A stretch of DNA of 64,000 nucleotides, from the sequence record OK040170.1. The stretch is one strand, 5' to 3'. The position numbers were made by a program, and so were the translations under genes. Shown here piece by piece: positions 29,504-38,778 of this stretch. Within the stretch, counting starts at the first letter, position 1; each line of letters begins with the position of its first letter. The notes below the pieces were generated by a model. It saw only the letters and a list, made by a program, of their open reading frames with translations. It was not told the DNA's origin and searched no databases.

Positions 29504-30328
29504 ATGAACGCATACGACGTCCTTTCTCAGCGGGCTGTCGGCGAACTTCCGATTTCTATAGGCACGGCTCTAGCTCTTGAGGGGCTAGAGAAAAACATTA
29601 GCGCTGGTGATTCTGGTAATCAGCGCTATGGTGCTTTGTGGATTAACATTCGCACGCTGTACCGTAACATCTACGAATCGGTGGAGAATATCCGCCGACC
29701 TTTATTAACGCCAAAAGCAATTGCGGATACATTGATCGAAGAAGTTCAGTATATTCGTCGTTTTGCTAGCGGTAAGATTGACCACGTTCAGTTGTACCAC
29801 CGTGAGTACGCAGATCTACTTCGTCGGTTCCCGAAAGCGTACATTAAGGTTCCTAATACCCCGTTGCAAAAACAATACGATGCGTTCATGAACAAGACAC
29901 TGGACATTGTCATTGCTCGTGATGTCGACCAAAGTATTGAATGGGATAAGGGATCGATATTGCGCGGTGAGCCTACCAAAGCGTTGATCATTACTCACTA
30001 CCCGGTTGACTTACTTTCTCGTACCAAGTTCACTCAGCTACGTTTGCTGGAGTCGTACACGGCTGCGATTAAGTCTAAGTCGCAATGGAACACGAAGTTG
30101 ACGGAAGGTAAGAACCTCAAGAACATGCCTTTCAACGATTTCACTATTCAGGTGTTTGGCGATGGCCCGACGCAGTTCTTGCGTATGCCAATTGCAATTC
30201 GCCGAGCGGTTATCGATTGTGCAATTAAGTACAAATGGACACCGATGACCACCGCTGAAAAGATCCGTCAGAACATCCAATGGATACCTGACAAATCGAT
30301 CGTGGAGCTACTCAGAGAGGCTCTCTAG
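29504..30328 (+). CDS. conserved phiKZ-family protein, possibly PIN/5'-nuclease-like
   Basis: 274 aa in the core block; nuclease fold is a weak inference from ITHYPVDLL and QVFGD. Confidence 0.5.
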   Translation: MNAYDVLSQRAVGELPISIGTALALEGLEKNISAGDSGNQRYGALWINIRTLYRNIYESVENIRRPLLTPKAIADTLIEEVQYIRRFASGKIDHVQLYHREYADLLRRFPKAYIKVPNTPLQKQYDAFMNKTLDIVIARDVDQSIEWDKGSILRGEPTKALIITHYPVDLLSRTKFTQLRLLESYTAAIKSKSQWNTKLTEGKNLKNMPFNDFTIQVFGDGPTQFLRMPIAIRRAVIDCAIKYKWTPMTTAEKIRQNIQWIPDKSIVELLREAL

Positions 30329-30405
30329 TAGTATTTTACGCCGGCTCTAGTGATATGAGCCAACTTACAAATTTATCTTCAAACCGAATATTAAGGGTTT
30401 ACCAA

Positions 30406-31191
30406 ATGGCAGAACAAAAGTCTTATAGCCTGGGTCGTCGAGAACGTGCACTCGATGATTGGGCATGTCGCCTGTTTGCTCCGGCTACTCAAAACAGCGA
30501 TGGTAAAGAACCATTCCTGTTTATTGATTTCCGCTACAATCATCAGGATAAAGTTCGCGATATCCAGATGGGTGTAAACCTGCGCAAAGGCGGTAAAGAC
30601 GGTAAGATCGACTTCTTCCCTAACCTGGTTCAGTTCAACGCGCTGTGCGAAGCTATCCGCATGGTAGCTAACGACCAGATCCCTGACGGTATGGTCAAAA
30701 TGGAAGTCATGACCACGTTCATGTTCGGTAAGAAACTGGATCGTCCAGAAACCGAATTCATGATCGTGGTCGGGAAAGACCAGGAAGGCGTATTCATCGG
30801 GATCACTCAGAAAGGCCGCGATAACGTGAAGTTCTACTTCACCGGTCCGCGCATGACCGTTCTGCGCAACCGTGCAGGTGAAGTGTTCGATAACTCGGTC
30901 ACCAGCAAAATCTTCGCGATCGCTCGTGCGAACATGTGGGAAAGCCACATCAACTATCTGATGCAAAGCGCATACCTGGACGCTCCTGAACTGGAGCAAG
31001 CAAAGGAAGCGAAGAAACGCGCCAACCAAGCACGCTTCAGCCAGAACCAAGGTCGCCAGGGCGGCGGCGGAAATTCATGGGGCGGAAATGGTGGTGGTAA
31101 CGGCGGCGGCAATAGCTGGGGCGGCGGTCAGCAACAGCAACAATCTGCTCCTCCAGCCGATGGCGGCTTCGATAACGACATTCCGTGGTAA
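30406..31191 (+). CDS. putative ssDNA-binding protein with SSB-like tail
   Basis: Gly/Gln/Asn-rich linker ending GGFDNDIPW, like bacterial SSB DFDDDIPF; start ATG 30406. Confidence 0.55.
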   Translation: MAEQKSYSLGRRERALDDWACRLFAPATQNSDGKEPFLFIDFRYNHQDKVRDIQMGVNLRKGGKDGKIDFFPNLVQFNALCEAIRMVANDQIPDGMVKMEVMTTFMFGKKLDRPETEFMIVVGKDQEGVFIGITQKGRDNVKFYFTGPRMTVLRNRAGEVFDNSVTSKIFAIARANMWESHINYLMQSAYLDAPELEQAKEAKKRANQARFSQNQGRQGGGGNSWGGNGGGNGGGNSWGGGQQQQQSAPPADGGFDNDIPW

Positions 31192-31201
31192 TACGGTAAA
31201 G

Positions 31202-31228
31202 CTGCTGAGGGCAAGTAGCCCTCAGCAG
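31202..31228 (+). terminator. terminator hairpin
   Basis: CTGCTGAGGGC-aagta-GCCCTCAGCAG. Confidence 0.65.
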
Positions 31229-31242
31229 TCTCTACTATTTTT

Positions 31243-31264
31243 CACGTATATATTACCTAATTGA
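31243..31264 (+). promoter_or_regulatory. TATATTAC early promoter
   Basis: CACGTATATATTACCTAATTGA. Confidence 0.75.
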
Positions 31265-31294
31265 TAACAAACCAAATGGTCTACAGGAGACTTC

Positions 31295-32812
31295 ATGGAA
31301 ATCTATTTTGATCCGGAAATCGACGAGAAACAAAAGCTCGTTTTGATGGGACATCCCGGAGAAGAGCCGTTGGTCTGGGACATGCGTTATTACAAGAAGG
31401 TAAACGCGGAAATGTTTCGGGACATCAACGATTTCTGGCGGTGGCGTCCAGAAGAAGAGCAGGCTGCGATCTTCCAGGCGTTCAGGAATATCCGCGATGT
31501 GCTCGGTGTAGTATTCGATCCAAACGTCCTGTTCAGTATCATCAACAAGGAAGTCATTAAGATCGCGAAGTATCATCCGATCGACCTGGTTGATCACTGG
31601 GTAAGAACGCGTTCTCAGATTCGTTTTCCAGATAACCTGAAAGACGAAATGGATGAGCGTGACCGACCTGAGCAAACGTATCTGCGTGACGACTATCGTC
31701 AGCTGACGTCTCTGTCGGTAATCCTGAAGTTCATGTTGCCGATCTGGTCTGAGTATACCATGCTCAAACTGGGGTTGCGTGAGAACCAGCAGGAAGTAGT
31801 ATCCATGGCGTTGCTGCAACGTAGTGGTATTGAAGAGAGTGCTCCATTCCAGCGGTTCCGCGTATTCGTGGATTATATCGCATCGGATAACGATCCGGGT
31901 ATGAGAAACATTCTCGAAGGTATCGGGACGTTGGACATGCCAGAGTGGATCTTCAGTCTGATGATGGTAGAACGACTGGCGGCTGCGGTAGTGTCTCACA
32001 ACGACGATGCGAACAAAGAGCAAACAGTTAACCTGATCTCTACGCTCTGGGCACAAACTCGGGCTAAACTGAGCCCTGACCAGAACCGTAAGAAAGGAGA
32101 TGTTCGTCCTAAGACGTTTACGTCGGCGAACGGTAGCGAAGAAGACAACTCGTCTACAGCGGAAAGTTATAAGCCCAAGGAACGTATCAGTGATGGTACT
32201 CGAATTGAGTTCGACTATTCTGCAGCAGATGCGGCGTTGATGGGTCGTCGGTTGATGAACGATATCGATCTGGATCTGTTGAAACGACTGGTTCGTCGTA
32301 ACTCGCTGCGTAAGTATTTCAACCCGACCGAAGAGCAAGTTAAGTTAACGGCACTGACGTTAGCGAAAATTAACCCGACTCGTGCAATGCCTCACACCGA
32401 TCGTACCGGTGCGATTAACATGTTGTCGGTAGCTCAGACCTATCTGCATCAGAAAGGGTTCTCTACTCTGGCTGATCTGTTAGGTGCAAGTCGTGGCGAA
32501 CCATGTAACACGATCTCTGGTAGCGAGCAGATCAAAGATCACCACAAAACTATACTGGCAACCATCTATCCATATCGTCGCCAAGTAAAAGCGGGTACTG
32601 GCTCTAAAACGGTATTGAAAGATCCGGGTACAATTGCCATTGAAACATTAACAAGTAAATTCGCAGGCTATTATTGGTATCGTGATACCGATGACGTCAT
32701 TGCGGAAAGCTCCAAGATGGTTATTCGGGAAGGCGGTATGGTTATCCCTAGTGATATCCGACTGATCCTGGCTGACTTCATCATTGCATTAAACGGCCCA
32801 ACTGGCCTGTAA
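31295..32812 (+). CDS. nvRNAP promoter-specificity subunit (phiKZ gp68-like)
   Basis: 505 aa; position in the block before the gp69/70/71-like genes; mainly synteny. Confidence 0.65.
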   Translation: MEIYFDPEIDEKQKLVLMGHPGEEPLVWDMRYYKKVNAEMFRDINDFWRWRPEEEQAAIFQAFRNIRDVLGVVFDPNVLFSIINKEVIKIAKYHPIDLVDHWVRTRSQIRFPDNLKDEMDERDRPEQTYLRDDYRQLTSLSVILKFMLPIWSEYTMLKLGLRENQQEVVSMALLQRSGIEESAPFQRFRVFVDYIASDNDPGMRNILEGIGTLDMPEWIFSLMMVERLAAAVVSHNDDANKEQTVNLISTLWAQTRAKLSPDQNRKKGDVRPKTFTSANGSEEDNSSTAESYKPKERISDGTRIEFDYSAADAALMGRRLMNDIDLDLLKRLVRRNSLRKYFNPTEEQVKLTALTLAKINPTRAMPHTDRTGAINMLSVAQTYLHQKGFSTLADLLGASRGEPCNTISGSEQIKDHHKTILATIYPYRRQVKAGTGSKTVLKDPGTIAIETLTSKFAGYYWYRDTDDVIAESSKMVIREGGMVIPSDIRLILADFIIALNGPTGL

Positions 32813-32844
32813 AATAAATCGACTAAGAAAAGGAAAGACAATAA

Positions 32845-34338
32845 ATGAAACCTCAAGTTATCGACGCAATCTTCTTCGAATCTTCTAACTACGATGATCA
32901 GTTCTCTCGTTCTTTCGATACTCACTTCGACGGAGATGTATCGAATGACCTGTTGCGTAACACCAACAACGGTCGTAACTTGTCACCGACTGCATTGTCC
33001 CGTTCTGTGGGTTCTGCGATCACGATGCAATCTCGTCACCGTGGCGAAATCGTAATCCCAGGCGGCTGGGGCGAAAAACGTCTCAGTTTCATCATCACTG
33101 TACTGATCGACGATTATAATGGTCGTAGTCGTCGTCAGGTATTGACTGGCTATACTGACTATAACGGCGTGTCTCGTGTAAGTGGTTCTCTGGATGATGA
33201 GATGTTGCTGTATGTCAACAACTCCACCACTATCGCAGATACCGTGTTCAGCACCGGTCGTGGTAATACTCGTCGTTCTCGTATTGAGAGCAACGATTAC
33301 ATCATCCGACCAAACGCGCTGCGTAACGACCGTACTCGTCGTCTGGGCTTTGACGAACCTGAACGTCTGCTTCGTCCAAACGATATCTTCAATAACCGTT
33401 CTATTGCAGAACAAACTCGCTTCCTGGGCGGTAGTGACGAAATCATCGATACTCGTGGCGATCTCGGTAACGAAATCAAACTGGGTCGTCGTACTGATAA
33501 CAATGCGTCCAACTATCTGTCTCGCGTTCTTCGTGCAGGGATCATGGCTGAAACTAACACTCAGCCGGAGTTCAATGTCGAATCTCGTTTTGCGGCAGAA
33601 GAGCTGACTCCAGCAGAACATGCAGCAGCGGCAACTATGCCGAACGATATCGGTTCAAACACACTGTTCATGGAATTCCTGGCCAGCTGTGATTTCGGCG
33701 TAAGTGGTTCCATCACTCTGCGTGAGTTTGCAGACTGCACCGATTGGGATGAGCGTGCAACGCGCTTCATCGATGCCGGCGAAGTGGGTAAACGTGGCTA
33801 TACTGGTTACGAACGTGGTCGTGGTAGCGACTGGAAAGGCTCTGACCGTAAGACCATCGCAGCATCTATCATCGCGCAATCTGTTCCGGCGTTGATGATG
33901 CAACACTTCATCTCCGATGCTATCATTAAGATCACTAATGATACATTGACTGGTGAAATGAAAGCGCTGGTAGAAGGTCCTCGTGCAATGATCCCAGGTA
34001 TGGACGTAACTCCATATCTGACTCCGCTGGAAGACCTGCTGGTTCTGCAAGTCGGCGAAGTGGTATCGCACAACAACCAAATGTTGATCGATGTTCAGAT
34101 CGACTGTTCTGTCATTACCGATATCAAAATCACCATCAGCATTGAAGGTGATGAGGACGAAGAGTTCGTAGCTCCGTGCTTCTGTGATGGCCTGACTTCT
34201 CCGATGAAAACTCCTGACTACGATCAGGCAGCTAAGATCGGTAACGACCTGAGCGCAATCATCGACGACGTCGTAGACCAAATGCGTGCTGAGACCGATG
34301 AGCCAACTCGCGACTACTTCGACCGCGACGGTTATTAA
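32845..34338 (+). CDS. probable nuclear import factor PicA/Imp1 (phiKZ gp69-like)
   Basis: 497 aa directly after the gp68-like gene; synteny-based. Confidence 0.55.
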   Translation: MKPQVIDAIFFESSNYDDQFSRSFDTHFDGDVSNDLLRNTNNGRNLSPTALSRSVGSAITMQSRHRGEIVIPGGWGEKRLSFIITVLIDDYNGRSRRQVLTGYTDYNGVSRVSGSLDDEMLLYVNNSTTIADTVFSTGRGNTRRSRIESNDYIIRPNALRNDRTRRLGFDEPERLLRPNDIFNNRSIAEQTRFLGGSDEIIDTRGDLGNEIKLGRRTDNNASNYLSRVLRAGIMAETNTQPEFNVESRFAAEELTPAEHAAAATMPNDIGSNTLFMEFLASCDFGVSGSITLREFADCTDWDERATRFIDAGEVGKRGYTGYERGRGSDWKGSDRKTIAASIIAQSVPALMMQHFISDAIIKITNDTLTGEMKALVEGPRAMIPGMDVTPYLTPLEDLLVLQVGEVVSHNNQMLIDVQIDCSVITDIKITISIEGDEDEEFVAPCFCDGLTSPMKTPDYDQAAKIGNDLSAIIDDVVDQMRAETDEPTRDYFDRDGY

Positions 34339-34370
34339 TCCAACCCAATTTTAAAAGAGAGTAAAGTATA

Positions 34371-35696
34371 ATGAGCGCAGAGAACAAAAAGAAACTGACT
34401 ACGATCTATAAAGAGATCATGATCGCATTAGGTTTCGAAGTTGATTCCAAGATGCACGTACTGCTGAACGAGGCCGGGGTGAAAACCCCGTTCACGATCA
34501 AAGGTAAGCAACTGATCATCCCGACCGATGAGTGGTTGAAGAATCCGGACTACGATAACCAGATCCCGTTCCATCCTCTGTCTGAGAACGTACGTCGTAA
34601 GAAATCGGAAGTCCAGGAACGTCTGGCGCTGGCGGTTTCTAATCGGGTATATCGCGTAACCTGCACTCTGCTGAACTTCATCTTCACGCTGGCGCTGGAT
34701 ACCGACAAACACCCGCAGTTGACTCCGGAACAACGTGAGTATCTGCGCGACGTGCCGGACGTGACCAAGAAGACGCTGACTGCGGTGCAGAAACTGATCC
34801 AGGAGAAAGTAGACTTCAAAGGTCAGTATGCCCTGGTCAACATGTTCGTGAAACGTAGCGGCCTGTGGAAGGGTGAGGAATATCCTCGTGTCTGTACGAC
34901 CACCTTCCCGATCATGGACGAAGAGCATTCTCCGGAAAAGAAAATCTTCGACGTACCGTTCCTGGTTCGCGATCGCAGTACCTTCTTCAAAGTGATGCGT
35001 CGGATCTTCCCGAACATCGATACTTCCATGGACGACTATTCTTACGGTAGCCGTTCTCAGGTAGCGCCAAACTTCCACAGTCTGATGATGGCGTTCTCTC
35101 TGCTGGCCAATGACCTGAACAAGGTCACCAAAGTATTCTGCGAAGACTTCGCGGAGCTGGAAGGTTGCATCATCCAGACTAACTGGGTGAAAAACATGGC
35201 CGACCTGAACGACTACAAAAACGATATCCCGCCACTGGACGGTAATATCGGTGAAGCGAATGAAGATGAACTCGCTGAGATGAAGTCTCGTCAGGAAGAG
35301 AAAGTGAAACGTGAAGAGCGTCGTACTCTGCGTCGTGAAGTGTCTGCAGGTCGCCAGAGCATCCTGCGTCCTCGCGACGAAGGTAACCGCTTCGTGCGTC
35401 AGGAAGAAAGTCGTGAAGATGAAAGAACTGTTAGCTGGCGTGGTCGCGCTGGTCGGGACGACGATCGCGGATATGGTCGTGAAGATCGTTATCGCAGCCG
35501 TCGTGATGATCGCTACGACGATCGTGATCGTGGCCGGGATAGCCGTTATCGTGATGAACGTGATGACCGCGGATTCGGTCGTCGAGACGACCGGTATAGC
35601 CGTGAAGACCGGTTCAGTCGCGATGATCGCCGAGATACTCGCGGCGGTAATGACGATTCCTGGTTCGACAACGTAAGTACTCGTCGCCGTTGGTAA
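34371..35696 (+). CDS. conserved core protein (gp70-like) with Arg/Asp-rich C-terminal tail
   Basis: 441 aa; roughly the last 130 aa are R/D/E low complexity (RDDRY-type repeats). Confidence 0.7.
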   Translation: MSAENKKKLTTIYKEIMIALGFEVDSKMHVLLNEAGVKTPFTIKGKQLIIPTDEWLKNPDYDNQIPFHPLSENVRRKKSEVQERLALAVSNRVYRVTCTLLNFIFTLALDTDKHPQLTPEQREYLRDVPDVTKKTLTAVQKLIQEKVDFKGQYALVNMFVKRSGLWKGEEYPRVCTTTFPIMDEEHSPEKKIFDVPFLVRDRSTFFKVMRRIFPNIDTSMDDYSYGSRSQVAPNFHSLMMAFSLLANDLNKVTKVFCEDFAELEGCIIQTNWVKNMADLNDYKNDIPPLDGNIGEANEDELAEMKSRQEEKVKREERRTLRREVSAGRQSILRPRDEGNRFVRQEESREDERTVSWRGRAGRDDDRGYGREDRYRSRRDDRYDDRDRGRDSRYRDERDDRGFGRRDDRYSREDRFSRDDRRDTRGGNDDSWFDNVSTRRRW

Positions 35697-35749
35697 GTTA
35701 AGCATAGAGGAGGGGTAAAACCCTCCTCCCTATTTTGTTCGAGGAAACT

Positions 35750-35959
35750 ATGTCTGGATGTAAAGAAGTTAGCGGTATTGTGAAAGAAGCTGTTCTGTTA
35801 TACGGGGAAGTTCTTGAGCTATCTCTGTGGCGCCAGGTTCAGGTTGCAAAAGAGAAATCGATTGACGATGAAACTATCGCAGCCGTATTGGATATCTCGG
35901 TTGAAGAAGTCCAACAGTATTCCAACTCCACCGAAGCAGAAGTCGTTCGTTGGTTCTGA
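35750..35959 (+). CDS. small protein, possible helix-turn-helix
   Basis: GAGGA SD; IAAVLDISVEEVQQY resembles an HTH. Confidence 0.6.
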   Translation: MSGCKEVSGIVKEAVLLYGEVLELSLWRQVQVAKEKSIDDETIAAVLDISVEEVQQYSNSTEAEVVRWF

Positions 35960-36060
35960 CATAACCCTCTCTACCTATTAAGGTAGAGAGGGGATATATG
36001 TTTAGTCGATTTATTTTTTACGTAAATAGGTCGCAATTTACGCCGGCTACACTTGATTTG

Positions 36061-36408
36061 TTAACTGGCTTTAAAGGCCAAATACTTTTCCATCAGGGTT
36101 TCAATCTTACCATCTTTAGGGATGAGTATCTCATGCCAATTCTCATCGAACTGAATCGGTGAGGTCATGTTATTAACTCTGAGGATCGTGTAGTAGTACT
36201 CCGGTTTATTGGCGTTCACTACATCGCGAAGGAATGCATAAAAGCGGCCGTAATAGCGGTGAGCTTCCATCCCGCTGACTTTGTGAAGATTAGAGTTTGC
36301 CGGATCTTGGAGCCACTGCAGATGATCTTCTACGATATTGTAGAACCCGCGTTCGTAGTAGATAGCTGGCCCAGGATTATTCATTGCGTCGATTAAGTTA
36401 GTCGCCAT
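36061..36408 (-). CDS. conserved small protein, LysM-like baseplate wedge type (T4 gp53/P2 X-like)
   Basis: AHRYYG...YYYTILRVNNMTSP pattern; AGGA SD. Confidence 0.5.
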   Translation of the reverse strand: MATNLIDAMNNPGPAIYYERGFYNIVEDHLQWLQDPANSNLHKVSGMEAHRYYGRFYAFLRDVVNANKPEYYYTILRVNNMTSPIQFDENWHEILIPKDGKIETLMEKYLAFKAS

Positions 36409-36429
36409 GATGATTTCCTAAAATGATTT

Positions 36430-36451
36430 CATGTATATATTACCTAAATGA
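36430..36451 (+). promoter_or_regulatory. TATATTAC early promoter
   Basis: CATGTATATATTACCTAAATGA upstream of the nvRNAP beta gene. Confidence 0.75.
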
Positions 36452-38778
36452 TAGGTAAATCAAAACAAAAGAAAGGTGTTGGTTTAAAAGCCAACACCAG
36501 TATTATTCACTATTCCATCGAGGAGCGTATGACTGAATATCAGATGTCGGAACTAGAGCAAGGACAAGTGGACGTAAGGGTAGCAGGAACAGCGACCAAC
36601 TTGGCACCGTATGCTCCGTGTACATCTCCAAGTCGTCTGGTGATGTTAGGTTCTCAGATTCAGCAGAAGCTGTTGACCAAAGGACTGAAGCGTCAACGAT
36701 TCTTCACCGGTGTTGAACACGAATATGCCAAGTATACTTTTGGCGTTAAAGTGGACGAGCCGGTAGAGATCATCGCAGCAATCGATAAATATAACGTCGG
36801 GTTCGGTGAGCGTAGTTTCAAATATAACCCAACTCGGTATCTGTTCGTCTTCAACGTGAAGAAGCAAGAATATGACTTGATGGAAGTCACTAAGTATTGC
36901 TCTCATCACAATAACTTTGGTTTTGAGTTCGACATCAATGAAGAAGCGATGTTCCGTACTCAAGCGGGTAACGTACTTCAAGCAAATACCTGGTTGACAA
37001 AAAGTCCTGGTGTTATGCCTGAGGGTGATTATATCTTCGGTACCCCAACCAAAACGGCGTTCATGTCGTCGCACTATGTTACCGAGGATGGTTTCATGGT
37101 GTCTCAGGAGTGGTGTGAGGAAAACACTACGACTGGCTATGGCGAGATTGTCATCAACGTACCTAAGGGTAAGTATCTGACTAACAGCTATGGGTCGAAA
37201 GGGTCGTATATTCCGTTCCCAGGTCCGGGTGATAAAATCCGTCCAGATGGACTGATTGCATCTCTTCGGGATTATGATGATATCCTGGGTGCGGTAGAGA
37301 TGACCGAAGACGCCATGGGTACAGTGGATCACTTCTTCGATGAGCGTTATTACATCGAGGCGGGTTCTCTGAATGCCCGTGTACTGGATGTCGATATCTG
37401 GTGTACTGACGGCGACGGCGTTGATAAGATGCCGACGTTTGAAGCCACTGGTCCGAATGAGTCTGACTATATCGACAAGTTCTGGAAAGCTAAGCAGAAG
37501 TTCCACAAGCAAGTAGATGCTGCCTATACGCTGATCAAGAACCGTAGCCGTGGGAAACCTCGTCTGAGCCGTGCACTTCATCGGTTCATTACAGACTCCC
37601 GTGACTTCATGCTGACCAAACCAGGGAAGCGTCGTTATCGTTACAAGAACACTCCGATCCCAACGGTGCGTATTGCGATTCGTTTCATGTACGATATCGT
37701 GCCGACGATCGGTTTCAAATTAACCAATATGTACGGTGGCAAGGGCGTAATCTGTCGCATTAAACCGCGTTCGGAGATGCCAACTTATCCTGATGGTACA
37801 GTTGCCGATTTCATCGGCGATGGCTTAAGTACTATCAACCGTATGAACCCGTCGGTCTTGTTCGAGCATTACATGAACTATAAGGCCGAAGAGGTTGAGA
37901 AGAAAGTCCGGGACTTCGTTGATCAGGATCGTTGGGAGGATGCCTTCGATATTCTGATGGCGTATTATCGGGCAGGTGTTCCGCTGTATTACAACAAGAT
38001 CGTTTCTCAGAACTGGTCGGAGAAGCGTCGTCGTGAGCATGTGAAAGCTGTCTATGACGATAAGATCTTTGCGTATATGCCGCCGAATACCCCTGGGTTA
38101 GGTATTGAGCAAATTGGTCGGGTTGAAGATGCGTTACCTTCTAAGGTAGAGCATGTAACCTGGATCGGTGATTTGGGTCGTGAAGAACGTAGTGTTGATC
38201 CGGTAATGATCGGCGACATGTATATCATGGTGCTCGAGAAAACTGGTCACGACTGGTCTGCGGTCGATGTACCGAAACGTCAGGTACACGGCGTTCCAAC
38301 TAAGGTGAGTGCTCGCGATAAGCACAACTTACCGTATCGTCAGTCTCCGCTCCGATTCTTCGGTGAAGCAGAGATCCGTAACTATTCAGGTATCCTGGGT
38401 GGTGACTGGGCTGCCGATATGTTGGATCGTGCAAACAATCCGAAAGCTCAAGAAGCAATCTGGAAACAGGTTATCGAGAATGAACGTCCAACCGATCTGG
38501 ACATCACTATCGATCGTAATCAGATCCCAGTCGGCAACTCGTTGTCTCTGAGTTATCTGAACAATGCGATGTATTGTAACGGCGCTCAGTTCGCATATGC
38601 TGAAGTCGATACTGCATCGGATCTGGAAATCGAGATGCTTCGTAAATACCCTGATCCAATCAACCGCCCACGGGTAAGTTCATTGGCTAAGTCCTTGGAA
38701 GAAGTCGTCGAGGATGAGGACGAAGAAGGGTACATTGAACCTGAAGCTGACTACGACGATGAAGGTGAAGAAGAGTGA
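36448..38778 (+). CDS. nvRNAP beta subunit (phiKZ gp71-73-like), uninterrupted
   Basis: SPSRLVM, GFKLTNMYGGKGVI, TINRMN and RFFGEAEIR beta motifs; real start may be a downstream ATG (MTEY). Confidence 0.88.
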   Translation: MIGKSKQKKGVGLKANTSIIHYSIEERMTEYQMSELEQGQVDVRVAGTATNLAPYAPCTSPSRLVMLGSQIQQKLLTKGLKRQRFFTGVEHEYAKYTFGVKVDEPVEIIAAIDKYNVGFGERSFKYNPTRYLFVFNVKKQEYDLMEVTKYCSHHNNFGFEFDINEEAMFRTQAGNVLQANTWLTKSPGVMPEGDYIFGTPTKTAFMSSHYVTEDGFMVSQEWCEENTTTGYGEIVINVPKGKYLTNSYGSKGSYIPFPGPGDKIRPDGLIASLRDYDDILGAVEMTEDAMGTVDHFFDERYYIEAGSLNARVLDVDIWCTDGDGVDKMPTFEATGPNESDYIDKFWKAKQKFHKQVDAAYTLIKNRSRGKPRLSRALHRFITDSRDFMLTKPGKRRYRYKNTPIPTVRIAIRFMYDIVPTIGFKLTNMYGGKGVICRIKPRSEMPTYPDGTVADFIGDGLSTINRMNPSVLFEHYMNYKAEEVEKKVRDFVDQDRWEDAFDILMAYYRAGVPLYYNKIVSQNWSEKRRREHVKAVYDDKIFAYMPPNTPGLGIEQIGRVEDALPSKVEHVTWIGDLGREERSVDPVMIGDMYIMVLEKTGHDWSAVDVPKRQVHGVPTKVSARDKHNLPYRQSPLRFFGEAEIRNYSGILGGDWAADMLDRANNPKAQEAIWKQVIENERPTDLDITIDRNQIPVGNSLSLSYLNNAMYCNGAQFAYAEVDTASDLEIEMLRKYPDPINRPRVSSLAKSLEEVVEDEDEEGYIEPEADYDDEGEEE

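Noticed and set aside
35440-35660. Repetitive DNA as a CRISPR array or tandem repeat
   Set aside because: It encodes the Arg/Asp-rich tail; there is no fixed repeat-spacer period. No CRISPR array was seen anywhere in the window.
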